This document shows, piece after piece, positions 16,478 to 26,096 of a DNA stretch of 30,024 nucleotides. The notes below the pieces were generated by a model. That model saw nothing but the letters and a program-made list of their open reading frames with translations. It did no database searches and was not told the origin of the DNA. Position 1 is the first letter of the stretch; each line of letters begins with the position of its first letter. Source of the stretch: Cyanobacteriota bacterium (lineage in GTDB: Bacteria; Cyanobacteriota; Cyanobacteriia; Cyanobacteriales; Nostocaceae); contig JBJOKS010000042.1 of NCBI GenBank assembly GCA_046045965.1, forward strand, positions 1-30,024. Direction: 5' to 3'. The position numbers and the translations under genes were made by a program.

Positions 16478-17956
16478 ATGTACATTGTACAGATTGCCTC
16501 AGAATGCGCTCCTGTGATTAAAGCCGGAGGGTTAGGGGATGTTGTCTACGGACTCAGCAGGGAATTAGAAGGAAGGGGAAATACAGTCGAACTGATTCTA
16601 CCCATGTACGATTGTATGAGGTATGACCATATTTGGGGGTTACATGATGCTTACCTCAATTTATGGGTTCCCTGGTATGGCGCAGCAATTCACTGTTCAG
16701 TATACTGCGGTTGGGTACATGGTCGGGTTTGTTTCTTTATTCAACCCCACAGTCAGGACAATTTTTTTAATAGAGGTTGTTACTACGGTTGTAATGATGA
16801 CAACATGAGGTTTGCATTCTTTAGCAAAGCCGCTTTAGAATTTCTGCTACAAAGCAATAAAAAACCAGATATCATCCATTGTCACGACTGGCAAACCGGT
16901 TTAATTCCCGTCATGCTATATGAAATTTACAAATATCATGGCATGGAATATCAAAGAGTTTGTTACACCATTCACAACTTTAAACATCAAGGAATGGGAG
17001 GTGTGGAAACTCTGGAAGCAACCAATTTAAATCGACCAGATTATTACTTCCAATACGATAAACTGCGGGATAACTTTAACCCCTTTGCCATCAACTTTAT
17101 GAAAGCAGGGATTAATTACTCTAACGCAGTAACCACAGTTTCACCAAATCATGCCATAGAAGCCCAAACCAGTGAAGTTGGTTGTGGTTTAGGTCATACA
17201 TTGCATTTACAAAAAGAGAAATTTAGTGGTGTTCTCAACGGCATTGATTATGATTTTTGGAACCCCGAAATTGACCGTTACATCCCCCATAATTATAACT
17301 GGGATGATTTTGAACAAAAAGCATATAACAAAAAAGCTTTGCGAGAAAGGCTGATGTTAGGGGATGCGGATAAACCCATCGTAGCTTACATCGGTCGATT
17401 AGATAATCAAAAAGGCGTGCATCTTGTCCATCATGCCATGTATTACGCCTTGAGTAAAGGAGCGCAATTTGTATTACTAGGTTCAGCCACAGAACCAGCG
17501 ATAAATGCTCATTTCCAACATGAAAAACAAGTTTTAAATAATAACCCAGATGTCCATTTAGAACTGGGCTTTAATGAAGAATTATCCCATCTCATTTATG
17601 CTGGTGCAGACATGATAGTTGTTCCTAGCAATTATGAACCCTGTGGTTTAACACAAATGATTGGTTTAAAATACGGTACTGTCCCCATTGTGCGTGGTGT
17701 GGGTGGATTAGTAAATACAGTTTTTGATCGAGATTATGACCAAAATTTACCACCAGAAAAACGCAATGGTTATGTATTTTATGACATGGATAACCAAGCG
17801 TTAGAGTCAGCAATGGGACGAGCAATTGATTTGTGGTATCAGCAACCTGAACAGTTTCAACAACTAGCTATTCAGGGTATGCAATACGACTACTCATGGA
17901 ACGTTCCCGGAGCAGAATATTTAGCAATTTACGACTGGATCAGACATAAATGGTAA
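16478..17956 (+). CDS. glgA: Glycogen synthase
   Basis: SECAPVIKAGGLGDV, HCHDWQT, TIHN, GRLDNQKG, PSNYEPCGLTQM; likely start MYIVQ. Confidence 0.97.
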   Translation: MYIVQIASECAPVIKAGGLGDVVYGLSRELEGRGNTVELILPMYDCMRYDHIWGLHDAYLNLWVPWYGAAIHCSVYCGWVHGRVCFFIQPHSQDNFFNRGCYYGCNDDNMRFAFFSKAALEFLLQSNKKPDIIHCHDWQTGLIPVMLYEIYKYHGMEYQRVCYTIHNFKHQGMGGVETLEATNLNRPDYYFQYDKLRDNFNPFAINFMKAGINYSNAVTTVSPNHAIEAQTSEVGCGLGHTLHLQKEKFSGVLNGIDYDFWNPEIDRYIPHNYNWDDFEQKAYNKKALRERLMLGDADKPIVAYIGRLDNQKGVHLVHHAMYYALSKGAQFVLLGSATEPAINAHFQHEKQVLNNNPDVHLELGFNEELSHLIYAGADMIVVPSNYEPCGLTQMIGLKYGTVPIVRGVGGLVNTVFDRDYDQNLPPEKRNGYVFYDMDNQALESAMGRAIDLWYQQPEQFQQLAIQGMQYDYSWNVPGAEYLAIYDWIRHKW

Positions 17957-17972
17957 TTCCTTGATCTCGTGA

Positions 17973-18088
17973 TCTCGTTCCCAGTCTCCGACTGGGAATG
18001 CCATCATAGAGGCTCTGCCTCAACTATCACCACTACCAGAAGGCAGAGCCTTCTACAATTCATTCCCATACAGAGTATGGGAACGAGA
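17973..18088. mobile_element. Palindromic MITE/REPIN-like dispersed element
   Basis: Terminal IRs TCTCGTTCCCA...TGGGAACGAGA, each end itself a hairpin; internal IR AGGCTCTGCCT...AGGCAGAGCCT. Confidence 0.8.
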
Positions 18089-18165
18089 AAATGAAAAATA
18101 TGACTCACGACTCCTAAATTCTTGCCTTACAATAAGAATCAAAACTTACACCAGTGGAAAATTGT

Positions 18166-19548
18166 ATGCACCTACCAACTGGACCAAAAACACCCGCATT
18201 TTTACAGATATGGCGCTGGGTATTTAGCCCCATGTCATATATGGAAGACTGCACCAAAACCTATGGAGACATCTTCTCACTCAAATTAGATACAAATACT
18301 TCTCCTATTGTTTTTACCAGCAACCCCCAAGCAATACAGCAGATTTTAACTAGTGATACCAAAGAATTAGAAGCACCAGGAGATTTAAATTCTTTGTTTG
18401 AATTCCTTCTGGGTAAAAAATCTGTGATTACTATTAGCGGTGCTGAACATCAACGTCAACGCCAATTGATGATGCCTCCTTTTCACGGTGAAAGAATGCG
18501 AAGCTATAGTCAGTTAATCACAGATGTCACCGAAAAAGAAATTAATCAATATCCCATAGGTTCAACTTTAAATATTCGGTCTATTACCCAAGATATTACT
18601 CTCAGAGTAATCATGCAAGCCGTATTTGGTCTATATGAAGGACCACGCGCCGAAAAACTACAGCAACTTTTAGGTGAACTACTAGAAAAAGGTAGTTCTC
18701 GGTTAATTGTTTTGTTGCTATATTTTCCATCTTTGCAAAGAGATTTCGGACCCATTAAGGTATGGGGACAACAAGGCCAACTTCAGGAAGAAGTCGATAA
18801 TTTGATTTATGCAGAAATTCGGGAACGCAGAAAAAATCCCGACCCATCACGCACAGATATTCTCAACTTACTGATGGAAGCTAGAGACGAAGTTGGCCAA
18901 CCCATGACGGATGAAGAATTGCGTGATGAATTAATAACTCTATTAGCAGCAGGTCACGAAACTACCGCCACTGCTTTAGCTTGGGCTTTATACTGGATTC
19001 ATAAACTGCCATCAGTGCGACAAAAACTATTAGCAGAAATAGATGATTTAGGTGAAAATCCAGATTCTAACACTGTATTTAAATTACCTTATCTCAATGC
19101 TGTTTGTGCAGAAACTTTGAGAATTTATCCAGTGGCAATGTTGACTTTTCCCAGAAGAGTGAAAACTCCTATATCAATAGGTGGTTATGACCTGGAAACA
19201 GGTACAGTAATCTTGGGTTCTATTTATTTAACTCATCACCGAGAAGATATTTATCCTGAACCGAAAAAATTTAAACCAGAACGCTTTTTAGAACAGCAAT
19301 TTTCACCCTATGAATACTTACCATTTGGGGGTGGTGCAAGGCGTTGTATTGGTCTAGCTTTTGCCCAGTTGGAAATGAAATTGGCACTTGTAAAAATCTT
19401 ACAAAGCCGTGAGTTAGAGTTAGTTGATAATGGTGAAGTTAAACCTCAACGCCGGGGTTTGGTGACAGGTCCAGACCGTCCTATTCAAATGCTCGTTAAG
19501 AGTCAGCGTCAGGTTAAGTCTCGCAGTTTAGAAAGTGTTGCTATTTAA
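18166..19548 (+). CDS. Cytochrome P450, CYP110-like (second paralog)
   Basis: AGHETTA, ETLR, PERF, PFGGGARRCIG. Confidence 0.95.
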   Translation: MHLPTGPKTPAFLQIWRWVFSPMSYMEDCTKTYGDIFSLKLDTNTSPIVFTSNPQAIQQILTSDTKELEAPGDLNSLFEFLLGKKSVITISGAEHQRQRQLMMPPFHGERMRSYSQLITDVTEKEINQYPIGSTLNIRSITQDITLRVIMQAVFGLYEGPRAEKLQQLLGELLEKGSSRLIVLLLYFPSLQRDFGPIKVWGQQGQLQEEVDNLIYAEIRERRKNPDPSRTDILNLLMEARDEVGQPMTDEELRDELITLLAAGHETTATALAWALYWIHKLPSVRQKLLAEIDDLGENPDSNTVFKLPYLNAVCAETLRIYPVAMLTFPRRVKTPISIGGYDLETGTVILGSIYLTHHREDIYPEPKKFKPERFLEQQFSPYEYLPFGGGARRCIGLAFAQLEMKLALVKILQSRELELVDNGEVKPQRRGLVTGPDRPIQMLVKSQRQVKSRSLESVAI

Positions 19549-19573
19549 TTGCTTTAGCTGACTTTGGTTATTA

Positions 19574-19636
19574 GCCTCAGAATTCATTCTGAGGCGGGTT
19601 TGTGGGTAACTACTAATTCATTCTGAGGTGGGTTTG
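19574..19636. repeat. Hairpin GCCTCAGAAT-tc-ATTCTGAGGC with a partial tandem copy; possible bidirectional terminator
   Basis: Lies between convergent genes; AATTCATTCTGAGGYGGGTTTG repeated at 19581 and 19615. Confidence 0.7.
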
Positions 19637-19662
19637 GTGATAATGGGAAGATGGAATAAACT

Positions 19663-20064
19663 TCACGTAAATAATCCCAAACGAATCCATAATTGTCTTG
19701 CTATCACTTGTGATTGACTATTTAAATCTAAACTGTTTACAGTTACTCTTCCCATAGGTGTTATACCTATAATCAAACCCGTTTCAGAATTAACTTGAAA
19801 ATGATCTTCCCATCTATCTTCTCTAGGATGAAAAAGATGTACTTCCGTATTAGATTCAGGATCTATTTCACTAAGACGAGAACCTTTACGCAGATTATAA
19901 TAACGACAAGCAAGGGCTAAATTACTTTCAATATTAGCACCTCCACGAGAAGTAGGAATAATATGTTCAACTTCAAAAGGAAAATTAAATACTAATTCTG
20001 GTGCATGACAATATTCACAGCGATGAAAAGCGCGATCTGCTACCAGATGATAAAATGGATTTAT
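19663..20064 (-). pseudogene. HNH endonuclease gene absent from the ORF track (ATA in place of ATG; otherwise an open 133-codon frame)
   Basis: Manual translation (I)NPFYHLVADRAFHRCEYCHAPELVFNFPFEVEHIIPTSRGGANIESNLALACRYYNLRKG...LFHPREDRWEDHF...WIRLGLFT-stop. Confidence 0.85.
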
Positions 20065-20423
20065 TGATTCAATTTTTGTACTAAAGATGCAGTTCTAATG
20101 GTAGCAGCGTTGAGTTCAAGATTTACAAGATTATCCAATTCAATTTGAAATTCTTTGGGAAATGAATTTCCTTTATCTCTTGCATTTCTCCACATAGTTA
20201 TGAGTTCAGATAAACGCTGTTGTTGTGCGCTAGTAAAAAATTGATCAGAATGAAAATTATCAATAATTAATAATGCCCGAAATTCAACTTCACCTAATTG
20301 TTGAGTTAACGCATCTAAAGCTTGACCGGCTGTTTTACCAATAGACTGTTTATCTCCAGCGATCGCACGATAAGACTTTTCACCATTGGCATTTGATGTA
20401 GGTACAATAGCAACTGTAGTCAT
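20061..20423 (-). CDS. Hypothetical protein, probable antitoxin-like partner of the HNH gene
   Basis: 120 aa with a 4-bp overlap with the HNH frame; TATAAT on the minus strand at 20455-20460. Confidence 0.75.
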   Translation of the reverse strand: MTTVAIVPTSNANGEKSYRAIAGDKQSIGKTAGQALDALTQQLGEVEFRALLIIDNFHSDQFFTSAQQQRLSELITMWRNARDKGNSFPKEFQIELDNLVNLELNAATIRTASLVQKLNQ

Positions 20424-20464
20424 AATGCTAATTAAGGATATCTGTTATTTATCTATTATAGTCT

Positions 20465-20542
20465 GTAGGTTGGGTTGAGGAAACCCAACATCAAGTAATA
20501 ATAATAAATGTGTTGGGTTGCATTTCATTTAAACCAACCTAC
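20465..20542. repeat. REPIN-like inverted pair of GTAG REP units
   Basis: GTAGGTTGGGTTGAGGAAACCCAACA, AT-rich spacer, TGTTGGGTTGCATTTCATTTAAACCAACCTAC. Confidence 0.9.
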
Positions 20543-20577
20543 AAACTATAAAAAATATTCCTAATTCAAGTTATAAA

Positions 20578-21051
20578 TTAACCATTATCAACATCTTCTG
20601 AAACAGATTCTAGATCGTCTGAAGCATTTAAAAGATCATCCCAACTATCTGGAGGATTACCACTTGCAAGCATTTTACTAAAAATGTTGTATGGATCTGT
20701 TTTTGCGCCCTCTTTCCTAAGCGTATTTTCATCATTTATCCAAGCATAAATAATGACTTTTTCCGTACTGCTATAACGAAAGAATAAACGAAATCTTCTA
20801 TTAAATTTAGCTCGAAACCAATGTTTTTTATCTGTTCCTAATGTTTTACCTTGCCTAAATTCTGGTGCGCTGGGATCTTCAGGTATTCTCCTAAAAATAA
20901 GCTCATTAATGTTGTTGAGAAACTTTGTAGCTGGATGTTGCTGATATCCTTCAGGATCTTTTTCTTTAAGTTCCTCAACCTGAATAATTAATTTTTTATA
21001 TTTTTCACCAAAGGCAGGATGAATTTTTAATGTCCACCCATTAACATTCAT
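20578..21051 (-). CDS. yhaV: YhaV-family toxin
   Basis: VNGW, IPEDP...FRQGKTLG...HWFRAKF..RFRLFFRY, YAWINDENTLR, GNPPDSW. Confidence 0.93.
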   Translation of the reverse strand: MNVNGWTLKIHPAFGEKYKKLIIQVEELKEKDPEGYQQHPATKFLNNINELIFRRIPEDPSAPEFRQGKTLGTDKKHWFRAKFNRRFRLFFRYSSTEKVIIYAWINDENTLRKEGAKTDPYNIFSKMLASGNPPDSWDDLLNASDDLESVSEDVDNG

Positions 21052-21248
21052 ACAAAAATGAAATCCTCTGGCAATTCTTCATCAAGATCAGCTTCCATTC
21101 CTTCTGTAAGAATAGATGCACGACGATACATTTCTTCGGTAAGTGGTTCAATATTGCTGGGATTTTTCTTAATATCTCTAGCAAGGAAATCTAAGAACGC
21201 CTTGACAAAAGATTGATTTTCTGTAATGGTAGTCACTATTTTTTTCAT
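21048..21248 (-). CDS. prlF: Short PrlF-family antitoxin (C-terminal part only)
   Basis: GGAGG RBS before ATG 21248; AFLDFLARDIKKNP..IEPL...DLDEELPED; ATGA overlap with yhaV. Confidence 0.8.
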   Translation of the reverse strand: MKKIVTTITENQSFVKAFLDFLARDIKKNPSNIEPLTEEMYRRASILTEGMEADLDEELPEDFIFV

Positions 21249-21436
21249 TCCTAGTGTTCCTCCCTTTTTCTGATTAATAATTCTGTACTTGCTGGAACGA
21301 TTTACACCAGTGCGAGAAGAGTTTGCATTGTTGCGAAATTTCACTTTCATTACTTGAACAGAGTTTTATTGATATCCAATGATTTATATACCTATCCCTT
21401 ATACTACCAGATTTTTCTAAAAAAGTCACTTGTAAA

Positions 21437-21462
21437 GTTGCATTTCATTTAACCCAACCTAC
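21437..21462 (-). repeat. Truncated GTAG REP-like unit
   Basis: GTTGCATTTCATTTAACCCAACCTAC. Confidence 0.85.
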
Positions 21463-21493
21463 AAAGTGATTTATTGAAAAAAAATTAATTTTC

Positions 21494-21904
21494 TTACCAA
21501 GCTACTAAGTCGTGACCTTTAATTTCAGGAGAATGTTCTATAAATTGATATTCATCTATAGGATAGAAAGAGGTCATTAATTCCCAAATAATATTAGTTT
21601 CAGTATCTTTGACAACTGAATGTGATATTAATTTAGCTTTATCTCCTGTAAATTGAATAAGGTATCCTGAAATCACTACCAAATTTTTATTTACACCCGA
21701 AAATTTCCTTGCTGTAGCATGGCAATCATCACTCCACATTAAATCGTGAGGGTCTTGATATAGATTGTTTTCAGTAGTTAGTTCTCTTCTTATAGAGAAA
21801 TTACTGTTATTTAGAGCAGCCAAAATTTCTTGGAGGTCAGTTTCACTTGGTTTTCTAGTAGCAAAAGGAAATTCACGGACTATTTTGATGTTTGTAAAAT
21901 TCAT
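21494..21904 (-). CDS. Hypothetical protein
   Basis: 136-aa ATG ORF between two REP units; DCHATA...GY...HSVV...WEL pattern. Confidence 0.7.
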   Translation of the reverse strand: MNFTNIKIVREFPFATRKPSETDLQEILAALNNSNFSIRRELTTENNLYQDPHDLMWSDDCHATARKFSGVNKNLVVISGYLIQFTGDKAKLISHSVVKDTETNIIWELMTSFYPIDEYQFIEHSPEIKGHDLVAW

Positions 21905-21970
21905 AGTTTTAAATATTGTGTGTGTAATTTATAAAAATGTGATAGTTAATTACATTAATGTATTAATTCT

Positions 21971-22058
21971 GTCGTTTGGGTTGACGAGAGGAAATCCAAC
22001 ATCAAGCAATAATAATACATAAGTTGGGTTGCATTGCATTTCATTTAACCCAACCTAC
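21971..22058. repeat. REPIN-like inverted pair, near copy of 20465-20542
   Basis: Shares the spacer ATCAAG(T/C)AATAATAATA and both arms. Confidence 0.88.
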
Positions 22059-22062
22059 AAAC

Positions 22063-22722
22063 TTAGCTTTCTAATTGTTCTATTTCAGAGATTACTTTTT
22101 TGTTAATATCTTCAACAGCAAAAATATATCCCATGAACTGGATTATTATTTCAGCAAATTCAAACCATGTACATTTTGCAAATTCCTCATTTGACATCAT
22201 TTTTTGTATTTCTTGTCTTTTTAGTTTGTTTGAATGAGCAAAGTATCCATAAATCATATTATCGAAGATAAACCTGTTTATTAACGTTTCTTTATAAGGC
22301 ATATTAGTCAGGGGAAACGCATCTAAATTTGACTTGGTATTAGCAATAATTCCCATTCCTAAATATTCATCTTTACTAAATCCCCATACTACAATTCTTG
22401 AAAAATCATCAAGATATCTATTCAGAGCATTTTTAACTTGATTAAATTCATCTTTAGATCGTTGTGAAATAGATAACTCATCATAAAGTTTCTTCATCTC
22501 CTGAAAAGATATTCCATCATTATTTTGACAGAATAACCTAATTGTTAGAATACAGGCTGACATTAGTTCCTGATCTGGTCCATAATAAGTTAGTCCATCA
22601 TCGGGATTTGAGGTATGTTTGAATTCTAATTTTCTGTTCTTGATTGATTCCATAAATCTTTTATATTGTCTTAATGTTTCAGCTTTTTCATTGAAAAGTT
22701 GTAATTTTTCTAAACTTGTCAT
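22063..22722 (-). CDS. Hypothetical protein (AT-rich, possibly defence related)
   Basis: 219-aa ORF with an extended -10 (TGGTATAAT, minus strand 22764-22772); stop 4 bp from a REP GTAG. Confidence 0.75.
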   Translation of the reverse strand: MTSLEKLQLFNEKAETLRQYKRFMESIKNRKLEFKHTSNPDDGLTYYGPDQELMSACILTIRLFCQNNDGISFQEMKKLYDELSISQRSKDEFNQVKNALNRYLDDFSRIVVWGFSKDEYLGMGIIANTKSNLDAFPLTNMPYKETLINRFIFDNMIYGYFAHSNKLKRQEIQKMMSNEEFAKCTWFEFAEIIIQFMGYIFAVEDINKKVISEIEQLES

Positions 22723-22802
22723 AAAGTAACTCTATTTTGAGAGTAGTGTAAATTTACAGCCAAATTATACCATAACCCATTTCAACATTCAAAAATAATA
22801 AC

Positions 22803-22831
22803 AGGTGGGTTAAACAATCGCCAACCCACCT
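22803..22831. terminator. Hairpin downstream of leuS (REP-related)
   Basis: AGGTGGGTT-N11-AACCCACCT. Confidence 0.55.
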
Positions 22832-22878
22832 TAAAAAACTTTGCGCCTTTGCTCCTTAGCGTCTCTGCGTGAGAAAAC

Positions 22879-25458
22879 CTAACCCAAAACGAAATTCACC
22901 AACTTACCAGGAACAACAATCACCTTCTTAACTTCCTTCCCTTCAATATAACGCTTCGCCACCTCAGACTCCCGCGCATACTTCTCCAACTCAACCTTAT
23001 CTAACTGCGAAGGAACTTGAATAGAACCGCGAGTTTTACCCATAATTTGAATTACCAAAGTAATCTCATCAGCTATCAACGCCGCAGGATCAAAACTCGG
23101 CCAAACTTGAGTATGTACCGTCCCCTTATTCCCCAACAAATGCCATAATTCATCAGCAATATGGGGCGCAAAAGGCGCTAACATAATCACCAAAGTTTGA
23201 ATACCTTCTGCATAAATTGGCGAATTATTACACTTAGCATCAGTCAACGCATTACTTAACTTCATCAACTCCGAAATAGCAGTATTAAATTGATATTCTT
23301 CCTGCACATCTTCTGTAATTGCTTGAATTGCTAAATGAATCGCTCTCCGTAAATCCTTTTCCTCTTTACTTAACTTCTCCAAATCAGCTTGTTTCTTACA
23401 AACTCCAGCCGCAACGTAATCAGTAACCAACCGCCAAACACGGTTTAAAAATCTAAATTGTCCCTCAACATCAGCTTCATCCCATTCTAAATCTTTTTCT
23501 GGAGGTGCTTTAAACAAAATGAACATCCGCGCCGTATCAATGCCATATTTATTAATCACATCTTCCGGTGCTACACCATTTCCTTTTGATTTGGACATGG
23601 TAGCATAAAGGCGTTGTAAAGGTTCTCCAGTTTGCGGATCAACAGGATTATTTGCATCAACTAAATGGGAAGGAATCCATTTATCCTTACCGCTTTTCTT
23701 CGGGTTCATGTATGTTAAACCCTGTACCATTCCCTGAGTTAATAACTTTTGAAATGGTTCATCAAAATTCAGTAAACCTCTATCTCTTAATACTTTGGTA
23801 AAGAAACGAGAATACAATAAATGTAAAATTGCGTGTTCAATTCCTCCCACATATTGATCAACAGGCATCCAATCATTTACTCTGCTACCATCAAAAATCT
23901 TTTCCTCATTTGTAGCATCAGTAAACCGCAAGAAATACCAAGAAGAATCAATAAAAGTATCCATTGTGTCGGTTTCTCTTTTTGCTGGAGTACCGCAACT
24001 TGGACAAGGAACATTTACCCAACTTTCTAATTGTGCTAAAGGTGAACCACCACGGCCACTTAATTCAATTTCTTCTGGCAATTGTACAGGTAAATCTTTT
24101 TCTGGTACTGGGACAATTCCACAATTAGGACAATGAATAACAGGAATAGGTGCGCCCCAATAACGTTGACGAGAAATTAACCAATCTCGCAAGCGATATT
24201 GTACTCTTTCTTTACCAAAACCATGCTTTTCTGCATAGTCAGTAATTGCCTTTTTCCCATCTACTGAATTTATGCCATTAAACTCACCAGAATTAACTAA
24301 AATTCCCGGTTCTGTATAGGCAGATTTTAAATTTTCATCTGCACCAATTTCGGGAACAATGACAACTTTAATCGCTAAATTCTGTTCCTTTGCAAATTTG
24401 AAATCTCGCACATCATGGGCAGGTACACCCATCACCGCACCTGTACCATATTCATAGAGTACATAATCTGCAATCCATACAGGTACTTCTTCCCCGGTGA
24501 AGGGGTTGATGACTTTCCCACCAGTAGGAATACCGCGTTTTGGTTTGTCTTCTGCGGTTCTTTCTAACTCGCTTTGGTTGGTAACTTCCTTGATAAAAGC
24601 CTCTACAGCCGCTTTTTGGTCGGAAGTGGTGACAACTTGAGTTAACGGGTGTTCTGGGGCTAATACAACGTAGCTCACGCCATAAACGGTGTCGGGACGG
24701 GTGGTATAAACGGCGATTTTTTCATCTAAGCCGACTATGGGAAATTCTAAATATGCACCAGTGGATTTGCCGATCCAGTTAGCTTGCATTACTTTAACTC
24801 GTTCTGGCCAACCTGGTAATTTATCCAAATCATTTAATAATTCTTCAGCATAATCGGTAATCTTTAAAAACCACTGCCGCAATAATTTACGTTCTACTAT
24901 TGCCCCACTGCGCCAAGAACGTCCTTCACTGTCTACCTGTTCGTTAGCTAGTACGGTTTGATCAATGGGGTCCCAATTTACAGCCGCTTCTTTTTGATAA
25001 GCTAAACCCGCTTCTAAAAATTGCAAAAATATCCACTGTGTCCACTTATAATAATCGGGGGAACAGGTAGCCAATTCTGCATCCCAATCTAAGGATAAAC
25101 CCAGACGTTTTAATTGCTGTTTCATCTGGTCTATATTTTTATATGTCCATTTAGCAGGAGGTACACCTCTATCAATGGCGGCGTTTTCTGCGGGTAAGCC
25201 AAAGGCATCCCAACCCATCGGATGTAATACTCTATACCCTTGCATTTTTTTGAAGCGGGCGATTACGTCTGTAATGGTGTAGTTGCGGACGTGACCCATG
25301 TGCAAGCTACCTGATGGGTAGGGGAACATGGAAAGCGCGTAGAATTTGGGCTTGTTTTTGTCTTGAGGCGTTTTATCTAAGCCTAGTTCTAACCATGTTT
25401 GTTGCCATTTTTCTTCAATTGCGGCTGGGTCGTATAATGTTTTGGGACGGGATTCCAC
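22879..25458 (-). CDS. leuS: Leucine--tRNA ligase
   Basis: MFPYPSG.LHMGH, editing domain YTTRPDT and [28 protein letters not shown]. Confidence 0.99.
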   Translation of the reverse strand: MESRPKTLYDPAAIEEKWQQTWLELGLDKTPQDKNKPKFYALSMFPYPSGSLHMGHVRNYTITDVIARFKKMQGYRVLHPMGWDAFGLPAENAAIDRGVPPAKWTYKNIDQMKQQLKRLGLSLDWDAELATCSPDYYKWTQWIFLQFLEAGLAYQKEAAVNWDPIDQTVLANEQVDSEGRSWRSGAIVERKLLRQWFLKITDYAEELLNDLDKLPGWPERVKVMQANWIGKSTGAYLEFPIVGLDEKIAVYTTRPDTVYGVSYVVLAPEHPLTQVVTTSDQKAAVEAFIKEVTNQSELERTAEDKPKRGIPTGGKVINPFTGEEVPVWIADYVLYEYGTGAVMGVPAHDVRDFKFAKEQNLAIKVVIVPEIGADENLKSAYTEPGILVNSGEFNGINSVDGKKAITDYAEKHGFGKERVQYRLRDWLISRQRYWGAPIPVIHCPNCGIVPVPEKDLPVQLPEEIELSGRGGSPLAQLESWVNVPCPSCGTPAKRETDTMDTFIDSSWYFLRFTDATNEEKIFDGSRVNDWMPVDQYVGGIEHAILHLLYSRFFTKVLRDRGLLNFDEPFQKLLTQGMVQGLTYMNPKKSGKDKWIPSHLVDANNPVDPQTGEPLQRLYATMSKSKGNGVAPEDVINKYGIDTARMFILFKAPPEKDLEWDEADVEGQFRFLNRVWRLVTDYVAAGVCKKQADLEKLSKEEKDLRRAIHLAIQAITEDVQEEYQFNTAISELMKLSNALTDAKCNNSPIYAEGIQTLVIMLAPFAPHIADELWHLLGNKGTVHTQVWPSFDPAALIADEITLVIQIMGKTRGSIQVPSQLDKVELEKYARESEVAKRYIEGKEVKKVIVVPGKLVNFVLG

Positions 25459-25605
25459 TAAAATTTCTCCTAATTAACTCTTTTATTGGTCTGTTGACCT
25501 ATTGTAGATGTTAGGTAGAGACATTAGGAGAGGAAAAAACAATCATTTCTCCATCTGCGTTTATCTGCGTTTATCTGCGTTTTAATTTCTCCTCAAACCT
25601 GTGTT

Positions 25606-26046
25606 ATGGAAAATGGTGAATCAAAAAATATCAATCCAGAAAATAGCAAATATGAAGAATTACGAGTTTTCGTATATGGTACTTTAAAACCTGGTAAATC
25701 TAATTATTACCTATGTAAAAATTATGTGATAGCAGCAAAAAAAGCTGTAGCATCAGGTAAACTATTTAATTTACCAATGGGTTATCCAGCGATGACTCTG
25801 GGAGATGGTAAAGTTTATGGATATTTACTGTCTTTCCCGGACTCCCAGATTTTACCAGCATTGGACGATTTAGAAGATTATCAGCCCAAAAAACCAATTT
25901 CAGAAAATCTTTACTATCGCCAATCTATGGAGATCTTTGATTTAGATGGCTTATCTTTGGGTTGGGCTTGGGTGTATTTGATGACACCCAAAAAGGTTGA
26001 CAGATTCGGTGGTATTCCTCAGATGGACGGCTGTTGGAACAGTTAA
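25606..26046 (+). CDS. Gamma-glutamylcyclotransferase (AIG2-like) family protein
   Basis: VFVYGTLK, YPAM, LDDLE, Y.R. Confidence 0.9.
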   Translation: MENGESKNINPENSKYEELRVFVYGTLKPGKSNYYLCKNYVIAAKKAVASGKLFNLPMGYPAMTLGDGKVYGYLLSFPDSQILPALDDLEDYQPKKPISENLYYRQSMEIFDLDGLSLGWAWVYLMTPKKVDRFGGIPQMDGCWNS

Positions 26047-26096
26047 CGTCAAAGCTTTTAAACTGTTATCTGTCACCTGTAACCTGTCACCTCTAA

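Noticed and set aside
8984..22058. REP units as CRISPR repeats or true integron attC sites
   Set aside because: Separated by whole genes, no R'/R'' (RYYYAAC...GTTRRRY) arrangement recognised and no intI gene in the window
22879..23200. Apparent codon-usage shift (G-ending codons) at the 3' ends of leuS and the phosphoketolase, suggesting 3'-end replacement
   Set aside because: Cannot be quantified by eye, and similar skews appear in genes away from the islands
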